Of a stretch of 64,000 bases of DNA, positions 21,192 to 30,665 are shown one piece after another (positions within the stretch are counted from its first letter, which is position 1; each line of letters opens with the position of its first letter). The DNA is from an uncultured delta proteobacterium. GTDB lineage: Bacteria; Desulfobacterota; Desulfobacteria; Desulfobacterales; QNYZ01. A program made the translations under genes and the position numbers. The stretch spans positions 192,001 through 256,000 of the forward strand of contig CAWJQU010000008.1 of assembly GCA_963845145.1 (NCBI GenBank). The letters run 5' to 3'. Below the pieces are notes generated by a model. It made no database searches, was not told where the DNA came from, and was given only the letters and a program-made list of their open reading frames with translations.

Positions 21192-23198
21192 CTAATTTGT
21201 CGCTTCAGCCACAGACGGTTCATCATTTTCTGCATCTTCGCCGTCCGTCAAGATCCCCCTTTTGATAAGATCCTCAGCGACGTAATCCAGGTCCAATTCA
21301 TGTAAAGATTCCTTGGTCGGAATACCTTCACTATTCCATCCCTTGTAGGTGTAGTACGTATCCAACAACTCTTTTTCGAGTTCGGGAAACCTTTTTTTCC
21401 AATGATCTTCGGGTGGCTTCTCATCTTTTCGGCGCAGGCCCCGGTTTATATTGAAGGCCCGGAGCAATGTACGGTATCGTTTAGCCGCTAGTGAAAGTTT
21501 ATCCTCATCCATTTCGAATCCAGCGCCGGCTGATAGAAATTTCGGAATATTGTGAATATGATACGGCGGTTTTAAATGAAATGATGATAAACCGGCACAC
21601 ATGCCCAAAGCATCGTCGATGTAATGCATCCTCTCCTGCCAGTCGACGATGTCACATGTCATCTCAACGGTAGGATAATAGGGAATTGAGTTATCACCGC
21701 GAATTTCCCAGTCCACAAAATATTGTTTAAATTTTTCATCCGGGACCTGAAACCAATCTTTAACAAATTTTTCCCGATGCTCTCGCTTGGGAAAAGGTGC
21801 CTGGGGAAACTGCCCCTCAATTTGCGTGATGTTCATTTTCTCACCGGTACAATACATCAGAAAATAGATGGGATTCAGCATGGACAGCTTGAGGGGCAAC
21901 TGCTCGTGTTTCTTAATGTTATTATGTGCATATTGATCCGCACCGTTGCCAATCTCCTCAGCGGCCCAATAGGTACCATTAGCCAGGATATCCCCGATCC
22001 CTTCCCGATTGACGATCTTATCTAACAGGTAGTAAAATCGACCCTCACTATCCTCCGGCATTTCCGGGAAATCTTTATCCGTCAAAATACCGTTTTCCAA
22101 AAGCTCGAGGGCAAAGGCCATCACTTGCGGCGTCGAATAACCGTCCACGCCATATTCGGTCGCCCGTTGCGCAATTCTTAAACCAAAATCAAGATTCGAC
22201 ATGGCCGCCATGGTATAGGTCAGCTTTGTGAAGCATTTCATCATGTAAGCGGGGATACCCGGCATGGAAATGGTTGCGCCACACGCCACGGGACAGTTAT
22301 AACAACTGATCAGTCGCGAACGCGCTACGTTCATGGTTTCCAACCATTCATCTGAGACTTCTTCGGTCCAAAACCCTTTTCGTCGAAGGCGGGCATTTCC
22401 CCAGGAAAAATTCTCCGTGTGCCACTTCTCATCGTGGACGGCCATCTCCTGCGGTGATCCGAGAATGGCCAAAATCGGCATAACGCCGGGAATAGGATTG
22501 TCTTGTCGCCATTCGATATATTCCAACACGTCATAGCAAAGTTTCATGAACGCTTCCGGGTCGGCGATATTGATGTCCTGGGTTCCGCGCACAACAATCG
22601 CTTTAACCCCTTTGTCGCCCATGACGGCACCGATTCCTCCCCGACTGGCACTGGATCGGCCCTGCTCGACGGAAGCATAATAGACCCTGTTTTCTCCGGC
22701 CAGACCAATGGCGGACACCTGAGCTTTCGGCTGTTTCAACTCTTTTTTAATAAGTTCAGCGGTCTCAATGGCGCCTTTGCCCTTTAAATGGGATGCATCC
22801 CGTATTTCCACCTTGTCGTTATGTATCCACAAATAGACCAAATCCGGTGATTTCCCGCGTAAGATCACTTTGTCATAACCGGCGTACTTTAATTCCGGGG
22901 CCCAGTATCCCCCCATCATTGAAAAAGCCATCAACTTGGTCTGCGGCGAAACAGTGGATACAATAGTTCGGTTACAACCGGTAGCAGGCGTCCCGCATAA
23001 AAGTCCTGTACCGAATATCAAAAGGTTATCAGGTGAAAAGGCGTCAGTCTCGGGCGGAACCCTGTCCCACATGATCTTGGTATTGGTACCCAACCCCCCC
23101 ATATAAAGCTCTGTATCTTTTGGATCCGACGGGACCTTTTCAATGTTACCCCGGGTTAGATCAATCTCTAAGTTAAACCCTGTCTCTGCATACCTCAT
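21192..23198 (-). CDS. bamB: BamB, tungstopterin catalytic subunit of class II benzoyl-CoA reductase (AOR family), canonical
   Basis: MRYAETG start, SPQEMAVHDEKWHTENF, MMKCFTK, QIEGQFPQ; closely matches Geobacter BamB as recalled. Confidence 0.95.
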   Translation of the reverse strand: MRYAETGFNLEIDLTRGNIEKVPSDPKDTELYMGGLGTNTKIMWDRVPPETDAFSPDNLLIFGTGLLCGTPATGCNRTIVSTVSPQTKLMAFSMMGGYWAPELKYAGYDKVILRGKSPDLVYLWIHNDKVEIRDASHLKGKGAIETAELIKKELKQPKAQVSAIGLAGENRVYYASVEQGRSSASRGGIGAVMGDKGVKAIVVRGTQDINIADPEAFMKLCYDVLEYIEWRQDNPIPGVMPILAILGSPQEMAVHDEKWHTENFSWGNARLRRKGFWTEEVSDEWLETMNVARSRLISCYNCPVACGATISMPGIPAYMMKCFTKLTYTMAAMSNLDFGLRIAQRATEYGVDGYSTPQVMAFALELLENGILTDKDFPEMPEDSEGRFYYLLDKIVNREGIGDILANGTYWAAEEIGNGADQYAHNNIKKHEQLPLKLSMLNPIYFLMYCTGEKMNITQIEGQFPQAPFPKREHREKFVKDWFQVPDEKFKQYFVDWEIRGDNSIPYYPTVEMTCDIVDWQERMHYIDDALGMCAGLSSFHLKPPYHIHNIPKFLSAGAGFEMDEDKLSLAAKRYRTLLRAFNINRGLRRKDEKPPEDHWKKRFPELEKELLDTYYTYKGWNSEGIPTKESLHELDLDYVAEDLIKRGILTDGEDAENDEPSVAEATN

Positions 23199-23387
23199 TT
23201 TTTTACCCCTTCTAAATTACCTAAAACCTGCAGGCCGCTGATTTTTTGCAATTAATGTCCACAATTTATGGGTTTGCCGATCCCGTGTTCTCTTAATAAA
23301 ATGTAACCAACTTAATTTAAAATAGATATAACCGTTTTTTCTATCCCCAACCTGGGATATCGACAAAAATCACCCAATTCTAAAGGT

Positions 23388-23431
23388 TTACGATGTAATC
23401 ACTATTTAGCTACATCGTAACTACATGTCAA
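23388..23431 (-). promoter_or_regulatory. sigma70-type promoter of bam operon 1 with overlapping inverted-repeat operator
   Basis: TTGACA (23431-23426)-N17-TAAATA; perfect IR TTACGATGTA-N13-TACATCGTAA (23388-23420). Confidence 0.65.
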
Positions 23432-23552
23432 GAAAAAAGTGGCTGTTTGGAGATGGTTTGCGGAGTGGTCGAGCACCGTCTGGTAGCCAGCCAGGGACCT
23501 TTTCAAAACGCTCAAATCACTTTTTCAAGCACAGGTAAACAGGGCGCACTCC

Positions 23553-24194
23553 TTAGGGATTGATGCCGAATCGCAACCATTTGAATTGTTGAATGACCTC
23601 ATCGGATAAAGCCTTTCCCACTCGGCCCATAAATAGGTTTTCGGGTTTAAGACAGATGTTGGGATCATTGGTTTGCATTTCGACGAATCCGTGAGATGCG
23701 AAAAGACGAAGTAAGATATTCCGATAGGCCTGTGCCGATTTATTGGTACCGTCCAGGTCCCAGGTCCAGGAATATCCGACCATATAGGCAACAATCTTTT
23801 CGATTTGCGGGTGTTTGACCAGCATGCCCAGAATGGCATCGGCCACATGCCCGGAGCGCCAGTCCCGGCAAACTTCAATGGCTTTAACTTCCATCATTAA
23901 TTTCGGTCCCAGGCGCGTCCATCGTTCAGTGGGATCGGGATAATCCAGAACACCGAAGCCGACAATTGTACCTGCTTCGGTCAATGCCACGGTCACATTG
24001 GCGCCCTCATGTCCGGCGATTTTTTCCAGAGTTTCCCGTTTGGTATACAGGGATCGAAATTGGGCAAAGGTGCCGAATTGTTTGTCGAAAGCGTACGATT
24101 GAATTTCTTCCGGCGTGCAGCCGCAACGAATCCGTAGCCGGCCACCAGGCGTCGGCCAGGGCATTTCTCGGGATGGTAGATCGCAGGTGTCCAT
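23553..24194 (-). CDS. AcuA-like GNAT protein lysine acetyltransferase
   Basis: YPDP.ERW, AIEV...WR, YSWTWDL, TNDPNI..P.N.FMGRVG parallel Bacillus AcuA motifs. Confidence 0.8.
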   Translation of the reverse strand: MDTCDLPSREMPWPTPGGRLRIRCGCTPEEIQSYAFDKQFGTFAQFRSLYTKRETLEKIAGHEGANVTVALTEAGTIVGFGVLDYPDPTERWTRLGPKLMMEVKAIEVCRDWRSGHVADAILGMLVKHPQIEKIVAYMVGYSWTWDLDGTNKSAQAYRNILLRLFASHGFVEMQTNDPNICLKPENLFMGRVGKALSDEVIQQFKWLRFGINP

Positions 24195-24245
24195 TATTTA
24201 TGCATAGATTTGCTTGGTTTCATGTTTTGCAGGCCCGGCCTTAGA

Positions 24246-24800
24246 TTAGAAATCACCCCAGCCGCGATGCAAGCGCTTGATCATAATCGCCAAGTTATAA
24301 TAGTTCCCCTCATGATCTTTGGCGTAATTCTTGATTTCAGCCCGTGTAACAAAATCGAGCTTTCGCACGGCATCGATGGCCACATCTTCCGGTCCTTTTA
24401 CCAGATCGGTTCGCAGGATTTCCAATCCCTTGTCCATGGCCAACTGAATCAGGTCAAGGGTTATCCAGGTACCGAGCCGTTGCAATCGATATTCGGGGTG
24501 AATAATGATTCGAAATCGCCCCACATGCCGGGTCGAGCCAAACCCGCGGATATGCAGGCTGCCATGGCCGACAATGTTGTCGCCACACAGAGCGACAATC
24601 GACTCCACCGTGTCCGATTCGATAAATTCAAACCATTTTTTAATTACGCTGGGCTCGGTTACATTATAGCGCATAAACCAGCGGTCTTCTTCGGGGATCT
24701 CTTTGAAGAATTTTAACAACATCTCTTCATCATCGGGCGCCAAGGGTCGAATCACGACCTCCTGGCAACCCTTTAATACGCACTCTTTGGGATAACGCAT
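24246..24800 (-). CDS. GNAT family acetyltransferase
   Basis: VIRPLAPDDEE, RHVGRFRIIIHPEYRLQRLGT acetyl-CoA binding motif. Confidence 0.85.
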   Translation of the reverse strand: MRYPKECVLKGCQEVVIRPLAPDDEEMLLKFFKEIPEEDRWFMRYNVTEPSVIKKWFEFIESDTVESIVALCGDNIVGHGSLHIRGFGSTRHVGRFRIIIHPEYRLQRLGTWITLDLIQLAMDKGLEILRTDLVKGPEDVAIDAVRKLDFVTRAEIKNYAKDHEGNYYNLAIMIKRLHRGWGDF

Positions 24801-24844
24801 GCGCTGATTCCTCTATAGTGTTTCATGAATGCCGAGGCATTCGT

Positions 24845-24900
24845 AAAAAAGGGGCAGAGACATGTTTCAACCGTATTGATGAAACCGCCATGCCCCTTTT
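24845..24900 (-). terminator. Putative intrinsic terminator after oah
   Basis: AAAAGGGGCA...TGCCCCTTTT inverted repeat with T-run on the minus strand. Confidence 0.5.
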
Positions 24901-24949
24901 GTCCAGACTCAAACCATTTTAATCACTCGGTTAGAGTTGTTAACGCTTC

Positions 24950-26086
24950 TTATTCTTTCGGCTTTCCCATGACTTCGGCAAACATATCCATATCCCAGTC
25001 TCTGGCATCGGCCACATTCTGACGGAACTTGATAAAGTCGATGGTATCCTTACCGGTGATTTTTTTGGTGTTGAATGCGCCGAATCCCAAGAAAGCTTCT
25101 CCCGACATATTGGCGGCGAGCCAGTGTCGGTGATCGTTTTTCATGGTATCCCAGAAAAACTTCTTTTTCTGGCGAATATCTTCGACAGATTTAACCAGAC
25201 ATCCTGGAAAGAGGTTGGCAAACTTCCAGATAATTTTATCGACCTCTTTGTCCAATAGCTCAAAATCCGCATTGGCCTGATGCTGTTTTAGAAGGTCTTT
25301 GCCATCCTTGAACGCCTGGCCGGTCTTGTACTCCCCGTACACGATCTCACCACCGTCCACGTACTTGTCCGTTTCAATCATGGGATTACGAACCCATTCG
25401 CCGTCTATTTTGAGAACGGGTACAACCTTGGAAATCATGCCCTTTACTTTCATCTTATAGGCTGACCACATTTCGCAGGAAACACAGTTCCACATGGCAT
25501 CTTCCATGGTCAAAAACCAGGGCAGAAAATCGGATGATCCACCCGCCGGGGATGAGCCGTGTTTGGGGCCCGCCTGACCGAAAATAGCCAGATCCGACGA
25601 TACGGCCAGATCACACGCCAAACCAATTTCCTGGCCTCCGGCCACCCGCATCCCGTTCACACGACAAATGGTCGGCTTGTGGCAAGAAAGGATCGCATCG
25701 ACCATATGATTGAAAAGCTCCATGTACTGGGCATACTCTTCCGGACGGCGGGAGTAGTATTCGGAGTATTCCTTGGTATTACCGCCAGTGCAAAATGCAT
25801 AGGGTCCCGTTCCGGTAAACACAACAGCGATGACACCTCTGTCCAGAGACGCATTCTCAAACCCGGCAATGACGCCCTTTACCATATCGGTGGTGTAGGA
25901 GTTGTACTGCTTGGGATTGTTCAACGTAATCCAAGCGACGAACAAGCCTTCAACCACGTTTCCTTTGGGATCGAGCAGCGGTTTTTTTTCATACTTGACG
26001 CCCGGTGCCTCGTCTGTCCAATAGGGGTTGCGATGCAAGGCATGGTCTTTATCTTCATTGTCTCTAGGCATCCAATCCAAACTCAT
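24950..26086 (-). CDS. oah: 6-oxocyclohex-1-ene-1-carbonyl-CoA hydrolase (Oah/BamA)
   Basis: Crotonase fold; WITLNNPKQYNSYTT, FCTGGNTKEY, RVNGMRVAGGQEIG, FGQAGPKHGS. Confidence 0.95.
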   Translation of the reverse strand: MSLDWMPRDNEDKDHALHRNPYWTDEAPGVKYEKKPLLDPKGNVVEGLFVAWITLNNPKQYNSYTTDMVKGVIAGFENASLDRGVIAVVFTGTGPYAFCTGGNTKEYSEYYSRRPEEYAQYMELFNHMVDAILSCHKPTICRVNGMRVAGGQEIGLACDLAVSSDLAIFGQAGPKHGSSPAGGSSDFLPWFLTMEDAMWNCVSCEMWSAYKMKVKGMISKVVPVLKIDGEWVRNPMIETDKYVDGGEIVYGEYKTGQAFKDGKDLLKQHQANADFELLDKEVDKIIWKFANLFPGCLVKSVEDIRQKKKFFWDTMKNDHRHWLAANMSGEAFLGFGAFNTKKITGKDTIDFIKFRQNVADARDWDMDMFAEVMGKPKE

Positions 26087-26178
26087 TTAGGCCTCCTTTT
26101 TTCATTTATTATGTGTACATTTAATTACAATTTATTGTTTACGTTATTAAAACTTTTCAAATGGTTGTACGGCCAGCG

Positions 26179-26318
26179 GCCGGTTGGCCCGTTAGCCCGT
26201 TAGCCCGTTAGCCCGTTAGCCCGTTAGCCGGTTTAATTGTATCTTAGCATTTTTTTTAACAATGTCTGAAAACGGACACACGGGTGAACGGGGAAACCGG
26301 CAAACCGACAAACCGACC
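26179..26318. repeat. Two facing 8-bp tandem arrays
   Basis: (GCCCGTTA)x5 at 26187-26226 plus degenerate flanks; six degenerate reverse-orientation AACGGGNN/AACCGACA units at 26271-26318. Confidence 0.85.
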
Positions 26319-27421
26319 TAAAAATCCGGCTCCAGCACAATCCGCTGATCCGGTGACTTGGCGTGGGCTTCTTCAAACACTTCCGCTATGGTACTCATGG
26401 GTCGGGTTTGCACAAAAGGCGACAAAGCGATTTTTCCGGAAAGCACCATCGATAGCACATGGGAATAGTATTCCGGCAGACACCCCCAAGTTCCAATAAT
26501 CTCTGCATCAAAAGCCATCAGTCGGCTAATGGAGTATTCGACTTTTTGCATACCAAAGCCGATGATCACCAGTTTACCGGTAAAGCTCAACAGCGATAGC
26601 GCCAATTCCTGACCGGGCTTGGAGCCCGTAGCCTCGAAAATTTTCCATCCGAAACCAGGCAGGCCTTTTTCTTTGCGGAGCGCTTTCAATTCGCCGGAAA
26701 CATCACGGCTCGATTTGTCGGTCACATTAATGGCGACATCGGCGCCGTACTTTTGTATTTGGGTCAATCTTTCGGCATCGATATCGATGGCAACGACTGT
26801 GGCCGCCCCCAGGGCTTTAGCCACCTGAACCATGTACTGCCCTACGCCTCCGATACCGATAATGATGACATTATCGCCAATCTGTAAATCGGCCCGGCGG
26901 GCGGCCTGGTAAGGCGTGGTTGCCGCATCGGCGACAACAGCGAGATGCGACAGCGGAAAATCTCCCCGATTCTTTATTTCACACAAATCGATCGCAGGCA
27001 CGGGAATATGGCTCGAAAACCCCCCGTAAATACCGATACTATTTCCCGGCATTTTCTGGGCCAGGCACCGGTTTCCCCGTCCGGTCTTACACAATTCACA
27101 TTTTCGACAGGGCATCACGGCGGGAATCAAAACCTCTTTGCCGATCCATCCCTCGCTGCCGGCAACCACGGTTCCGGAAATTTCATGTCCCAAAGTCAGC
27201 GGCGGTTTGGATACGGTGGGCACGCCATCATAAAAATACCCGAGATCGGTGTGACACACGCCACAGCCGGCGACTTCCACCAGCACCTCGTCGGATTTGA
27301 GTTCCGGCACCGGCAATTCCTTTTTCTCAAGCTTGCCGGGTATAACCTCCCCGGTCTCTTTATTTCTCGTGGTCGGCTGCACCATCTGCCAGGTCATGAT
27401 TTTTTCAGGTACGTCTGCCAT
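26318..27421 (-). CDS. had: 6-hydroxycyclohex-1-ene-1-carbonyl-CoA dehydrogenase (Had/BamQ)
   Basis: Zn-ADH motifs GCGVCHTDL, GHE, CRKCELC, QKMPGN, SRLMAFDA, WGCLPEYY; adjacent to oah. Confidence 0.93.
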   Translation of the reverse strand: MADVPEKIMTWQMVQPTTRNKETGEVIPGKLEKKELPVPELKSDEVLVEVAGCGVCHTDLGYFYDGVPTVSKPPLTLGHEISGTVVAGSEGWIGKEVLIPAVMPCRKCELCKTGRGNRCLAQKMPGNSIGIYGGFSSHIPVPAIDLCEIKNRGDFPLSHLAVVADAATTPYQAARRADLQIGDNVIIIGIGGVGQYMVQVAKALGAATVVAIDIDAERLTQIQKYGADVAINVTDKSSRDVSGELKALRKEKGLPGFGWKIFEATGSKPGQELALSLLSFTGKLVIIGFGMQKVEYSISRLMAFDAEIIGTWGCLPEYYSHVLSMVLSGKIALSPFVQTRPMSTIAEVFEEAHAKSPDQRIVLEPDF

Positions 27422-27792
27422 AGGATCCCTCCTTACTTTAATGGTAATTAAATAATATCAACCTTATGAAATATCATTCGGAAATATCGGCTCTGAAATT
27501 GCCTGTTTTTTCCAATTTATTAAGAAAGCGATAAACGGTCGCAATGATTATAATATAGCTATAATGTAATTAAAATCCGCCTCTATTGTCAACTCTTTTT
27601 TACGGCGTCGCCCCGTTTCAAATCTGCCGCAGGCGGGGTTCAATATTGACGCAACCATACCAGCATACTAACTAGGCGGGGCCGGCAGGGAGAAATGTAT
27701 CGTATCGCGAAAAAAACCGATCAGCGGATAATGGCCTGATCCGGACTTGATTGATAACATTTTAGCGTTTAAATGGAACTGCCTCGAGATCA

Positions 27793-29049
27793 ATGAAAAA
27801 ACTCACCATAACGCAAAACAAAACCGGCGCCCGGCGATTTACCAAGGTCAGCTATCCCATCCGCTACGGCCGTTACGGAGAAATCAGGACCCCCGATTGG
27901 ATCTACCAATTCAACCTAAGCCATGAAATCAAATTTATTCAAGGCCACGGCAACGGCTGGCCGCCCTCGGAATGGCTCAAGCGAACGGTTGGTAATGATT
28001 GGGTCTATTACTTGGCCGGGGATTACAGCGGTGTTCGTGACGCGTTTGGGGAGTATTATTTACCCTGCCCGGACTATTCTACCAATTCTTTTATTACCCG
28101 GAATCCGTTTAACGACAAGGCCGTCATTTCTGCTCTGTCGAATTGGCAGGCGTGGACTGAAAAATTTTCCACCTTGGCGCGACGTCAAACGCCAGTGGAT
28201 CATCAGCGCTTTGTGAGAAAAATCGGTGAAAACAATCCGACCGAACTGGACCTAAAAGCCGGGCGGTTCCATGAGATCATCGGCGGGCGTGTCAGCGTTC
28301 TTCCGCCGGATACACGGCATGTTGACTATGAAGTAATACCGGTGGTTATTGCCGACGGATGCCTATACAATTGCGGATTCTGCCGGGTTAAATCAAACCG
28401 GCGCTTTACCCCCCGCACGCCAAAAAACATTATCGATCAGATCAAGGCGCTCAAGGCCTTTTATGGGGCGGACCTCTCTAATTATAATGCCATTTTTTTA
28501 GGCCAGCACGACGCCCTGGCCGCCGACCCGAAGTTAATCCTGTTTGCTGCGAAGAAGGCCTATGAACTTCTTGAACTGAAAAAAGCCTATATGGACGACA
28601 GCCTTCTTTTTCTTTTCGGCAGCGTTGATGCCCTCATGGATGCAAACCCGGCCTTTTTCGATGCCTTGCAAGCCCTGCCCTTTTACACGTATATCAATAT
28701 CGGATTTGAATCCGCCGATTCGGGAACCCTGAAATATTTAAAAAAACCGATTACCGCACCGTTGATCGAGCAGGCATTTAAAAAAATGTTGGCGATTAAC
28801 AAAAAATACAATCGGGTGGAAATAACAGCCAACTTTGTCTATGGTGATCACCTGCCCGCCGGACACCTTCCAGCCTTCTTCGAATTGATTGAAAAGGAAA
28901 TGACCCATTCCATCCCTAAAGGGACAATCTATTTTTCCCCGCTTTTTAACAATGGTGCCGGGTTCCATGAAAATATCGTTCGAAATTTTTACCGAATCAA
29001 AACCAGAACACCGTTGCCGTGTTATCTTTACCTTATTCAGCGCTTATAA
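27793..29049 (+). CDS. Radical SAM domain protein of unknown function
   Basis: CLYNCGFC (CxxxCxxC), NIGFESAD; long N-terminal extension. Confidence 0.85.
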   Translation: MKKLTITQNKTGARRFTKVSYPIRYGRYGEIRTPDWIYQFNLSHEIKFIQGHGNGWPPSEWLKRTVGNDWVYYLAGDYSGVRDAFGEYYLPCPDYSTNSFITRNPFNDKAVISALSNWQAWTEKFSTLARRQTPVDHQRFVRKIGENNPTELDLKAGRFHEIIGGRVSVLPPDTRHVDYEVIPVVIADGCLYNCGFCRVKSNRRFTPRTPKNIIDQIKALKAFYGADLSNYNAIFLGQHDALAADPKLILFAAKKAYELLELKKAYMDDSLLFLFGSVDALMDANPAFFDALQALPFYTYINIGFESADSGTLKYLKKPITAPLIEQAFKKMLAINKKYNRVEITANFVYGDHLPAGHLPAFFELIEKEMTHSIPKGTIYFSPLFNNGAGFHENIVRNFYRIKTRTPLPCYLYLIQRL

Positions 29050-29070
29050 ACACCGACTTTCAAAGATACC

Positions 29071-29447
29071 TTTATATCTGCCGGGTTGAACGGCTTAACC
29101 GATGCAGATCACATGATCAAAGGCCCGATGGCGGGCGCCCAGTTTGAAAATTTCTGTATTCAGGAAACACTGAAGGTTTATTTCAACCAAGGCCGCAACC
29201 CAAAATATTCTACCTACGCACAAACAATAATCTCGAAGTCGATCTTATCATTGAAGAATCGTTTCAAACAATCATCCCGATTGAGATCAAGTTAAATAAA
29301 ACACCTAATTTGAGAATGGCTGCCACTCTGGAACGATTCCGAAAGACTTTTTCCGGGCTTAACATATTGCCCGGCTGGTTGATCTCCCTTTCCGAACAGA
29401 CTTTTCCGCTCAATGGACAGGTGACCGCAATAAACTTTTTCGAATAG
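29071..29447 (+). pseudogene. C-terminal remnant of AAA ATPase/DUF4143 protein
   Basis: GAQFENF..QE, then in a shifted frame FYLRTNNNLEVDLIIE...IPIEIK; no N-terminal ATPase part. Confidence 0.7.
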
Positions 29448-29456
29448 GCCTTATAT

Positions 29457-29858
29457 TCAGACCCAATTGATTAAACGCAAACCATCAACACATTCAAATT
29501 CTCGAATATTATTAGAAACCAGCGTTAATCCTTCGCTGCGGGCGTGGCCGGCAATATGCAGATCATTAACGCCAATAATGTTTCCTTTTCTCTCCAAATC
29601 CGCCCTAATGTCTCCGTAATGGGCGGCGGCCTTGGTCCCATATTTCAAGACCTCCAACCGTGAACTAAAATCCCCAACTTTTCGTAGATTTTTTTCAGGT
29701 ACGGCACTTTTTTCGACACCATGCTGCAATTCTGCGAAGGTTATCGTGCTAATACACATTTGCCCGGCATAGCGATTAAAAACCGCCAGGAGTTCAACAG
29801 GACGGCGTTTAATCACATAAATAGCAATGTTGGTGTCCAGCATGTATTTCAACATCAC
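29457..29858 (-). CDS. vapC: VapC PIN-domain toxin
   Basis: YMLDTNI, AEL, IGVNDLHIAGHA, LVSNNIREF. Confidence 0.95.
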   Translation of the reverse strand: MMLKYMLDTNIAIYVIKRRPVELLAVFNRYAGQMCISTITFAELQHGVEKSAVPEKNLRKVGDFSSRLEVLKYGTKAAAHYGDIRADLERKGNIIGVNDLHIAGHARSEGLTLVSNNIREFECVDGLRLINWV

Positions 29859-30088
29859 AAAGATTCCCGTTCCGCTTGATCCTGGGAAGCGCGTTCTTCC
29901 ATAAAATCATCACTGACACCCTCTTCTGACAGAAAAAAACTATCCCAAGTATTGGATGCCGGAGAAAGTACACGGTCCTGACCAACAACCCGTACAACAA
30001 CCTTTTTAACACCTTCGGGAAAACGGGTTCCAACAGGGAGTCTTACCGCCTGAGTGCGATTGTTTTCAAATACTGATCCTATAGCCAT
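29855..30088 (-). CDS. vapB: VapB (AbrB-type) antitoxin
   Basis: SVFENNRTQAVRLP, WDSFF, SDDFMEER; overlaps vapC start. Confidence 0.93.
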   Translation of the reverse strand: MAIGSVFENNRTQAVRLPVGTRFPEGVKKVVVRVVGQDRVLSPASNTWDSFFLSEEGVSDDFMEERASQDQAERESL

Positions 30089-30103
30089 AACCCACCTCCT
30101 TTA

Positions 30104-30151
30104 CTATATACAAACAATATACAGCAAAAAAAGTATACTGCAAGGGTATAT
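30104..30151. promoter_or_regulatory. Two putative vapBC operator palindromes
   Basis: CTATAT-N7-ATATAC (30104-30122) and GTATAC-N7-GTATAT (30133-30151) directly upstream of vapB. Confidence 0.6.
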
Positions 30152-30284
30152 AGCAAAAAGTTTGCATTTTTTTAATCGCTTCAAAAAAAGGGCCTGCTCA
30201 TTATAGATATTGGGCTTTAAAAAGGGTCACCAAAAAGATGATTGAGGCTTTTAAAGTGTTCCCTTATGATATCTTGCGCTTCGC

Positions 30285-30630
30285 CCGCCATTGGGATCGA
30301 ATTGCCCGCCGGTATATAGGTAAGCATTAGCAGCCGCACCACTCTGGGATATCAAAGAACCAAACGCATCATAGCTATATTCATCGGTAACCGTTTCGGC
30401 ATTATCCTTCAGCTGGCGGGTGGAGAGCTGTTGATATAGGTGGTGACCGTTCCGTTGGGCAGGGTGACGCTGGCGCGATTGCCCACCGCATCATAACCTT
30501 AGGTGATCACTCTGCTGTCGGCATCCGTGACCGTGGCCAACCGGTTTAAAGCATCAAAGGTATAGCGGGTAGTGCCTGAAGGAATGGTCACCGAAGTGCG
30601 GTTGCCTCCGGCATCGTAGGTGTAGGCCAG
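30285..30630 (-). pseudogene. RHS/YD-repeat remnant with internal stop and deletion
   Basis: LAYTYDAGGNRTSV...FDALNRLATVTD...T*GYDAVGNR, then STRQLKD..VTDEYSYDAFG...YLYTGGQFD (RHS core). Confidence 0.8.
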
Positions 30631-30665
30631 TTTGTATCTTTTGCTATAGAGTGTCCCTTAAACTT

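Noticed and set aside
26187..26226. CRISPR array
   Set aside because: 8-bp units with no spacers and no cas genes
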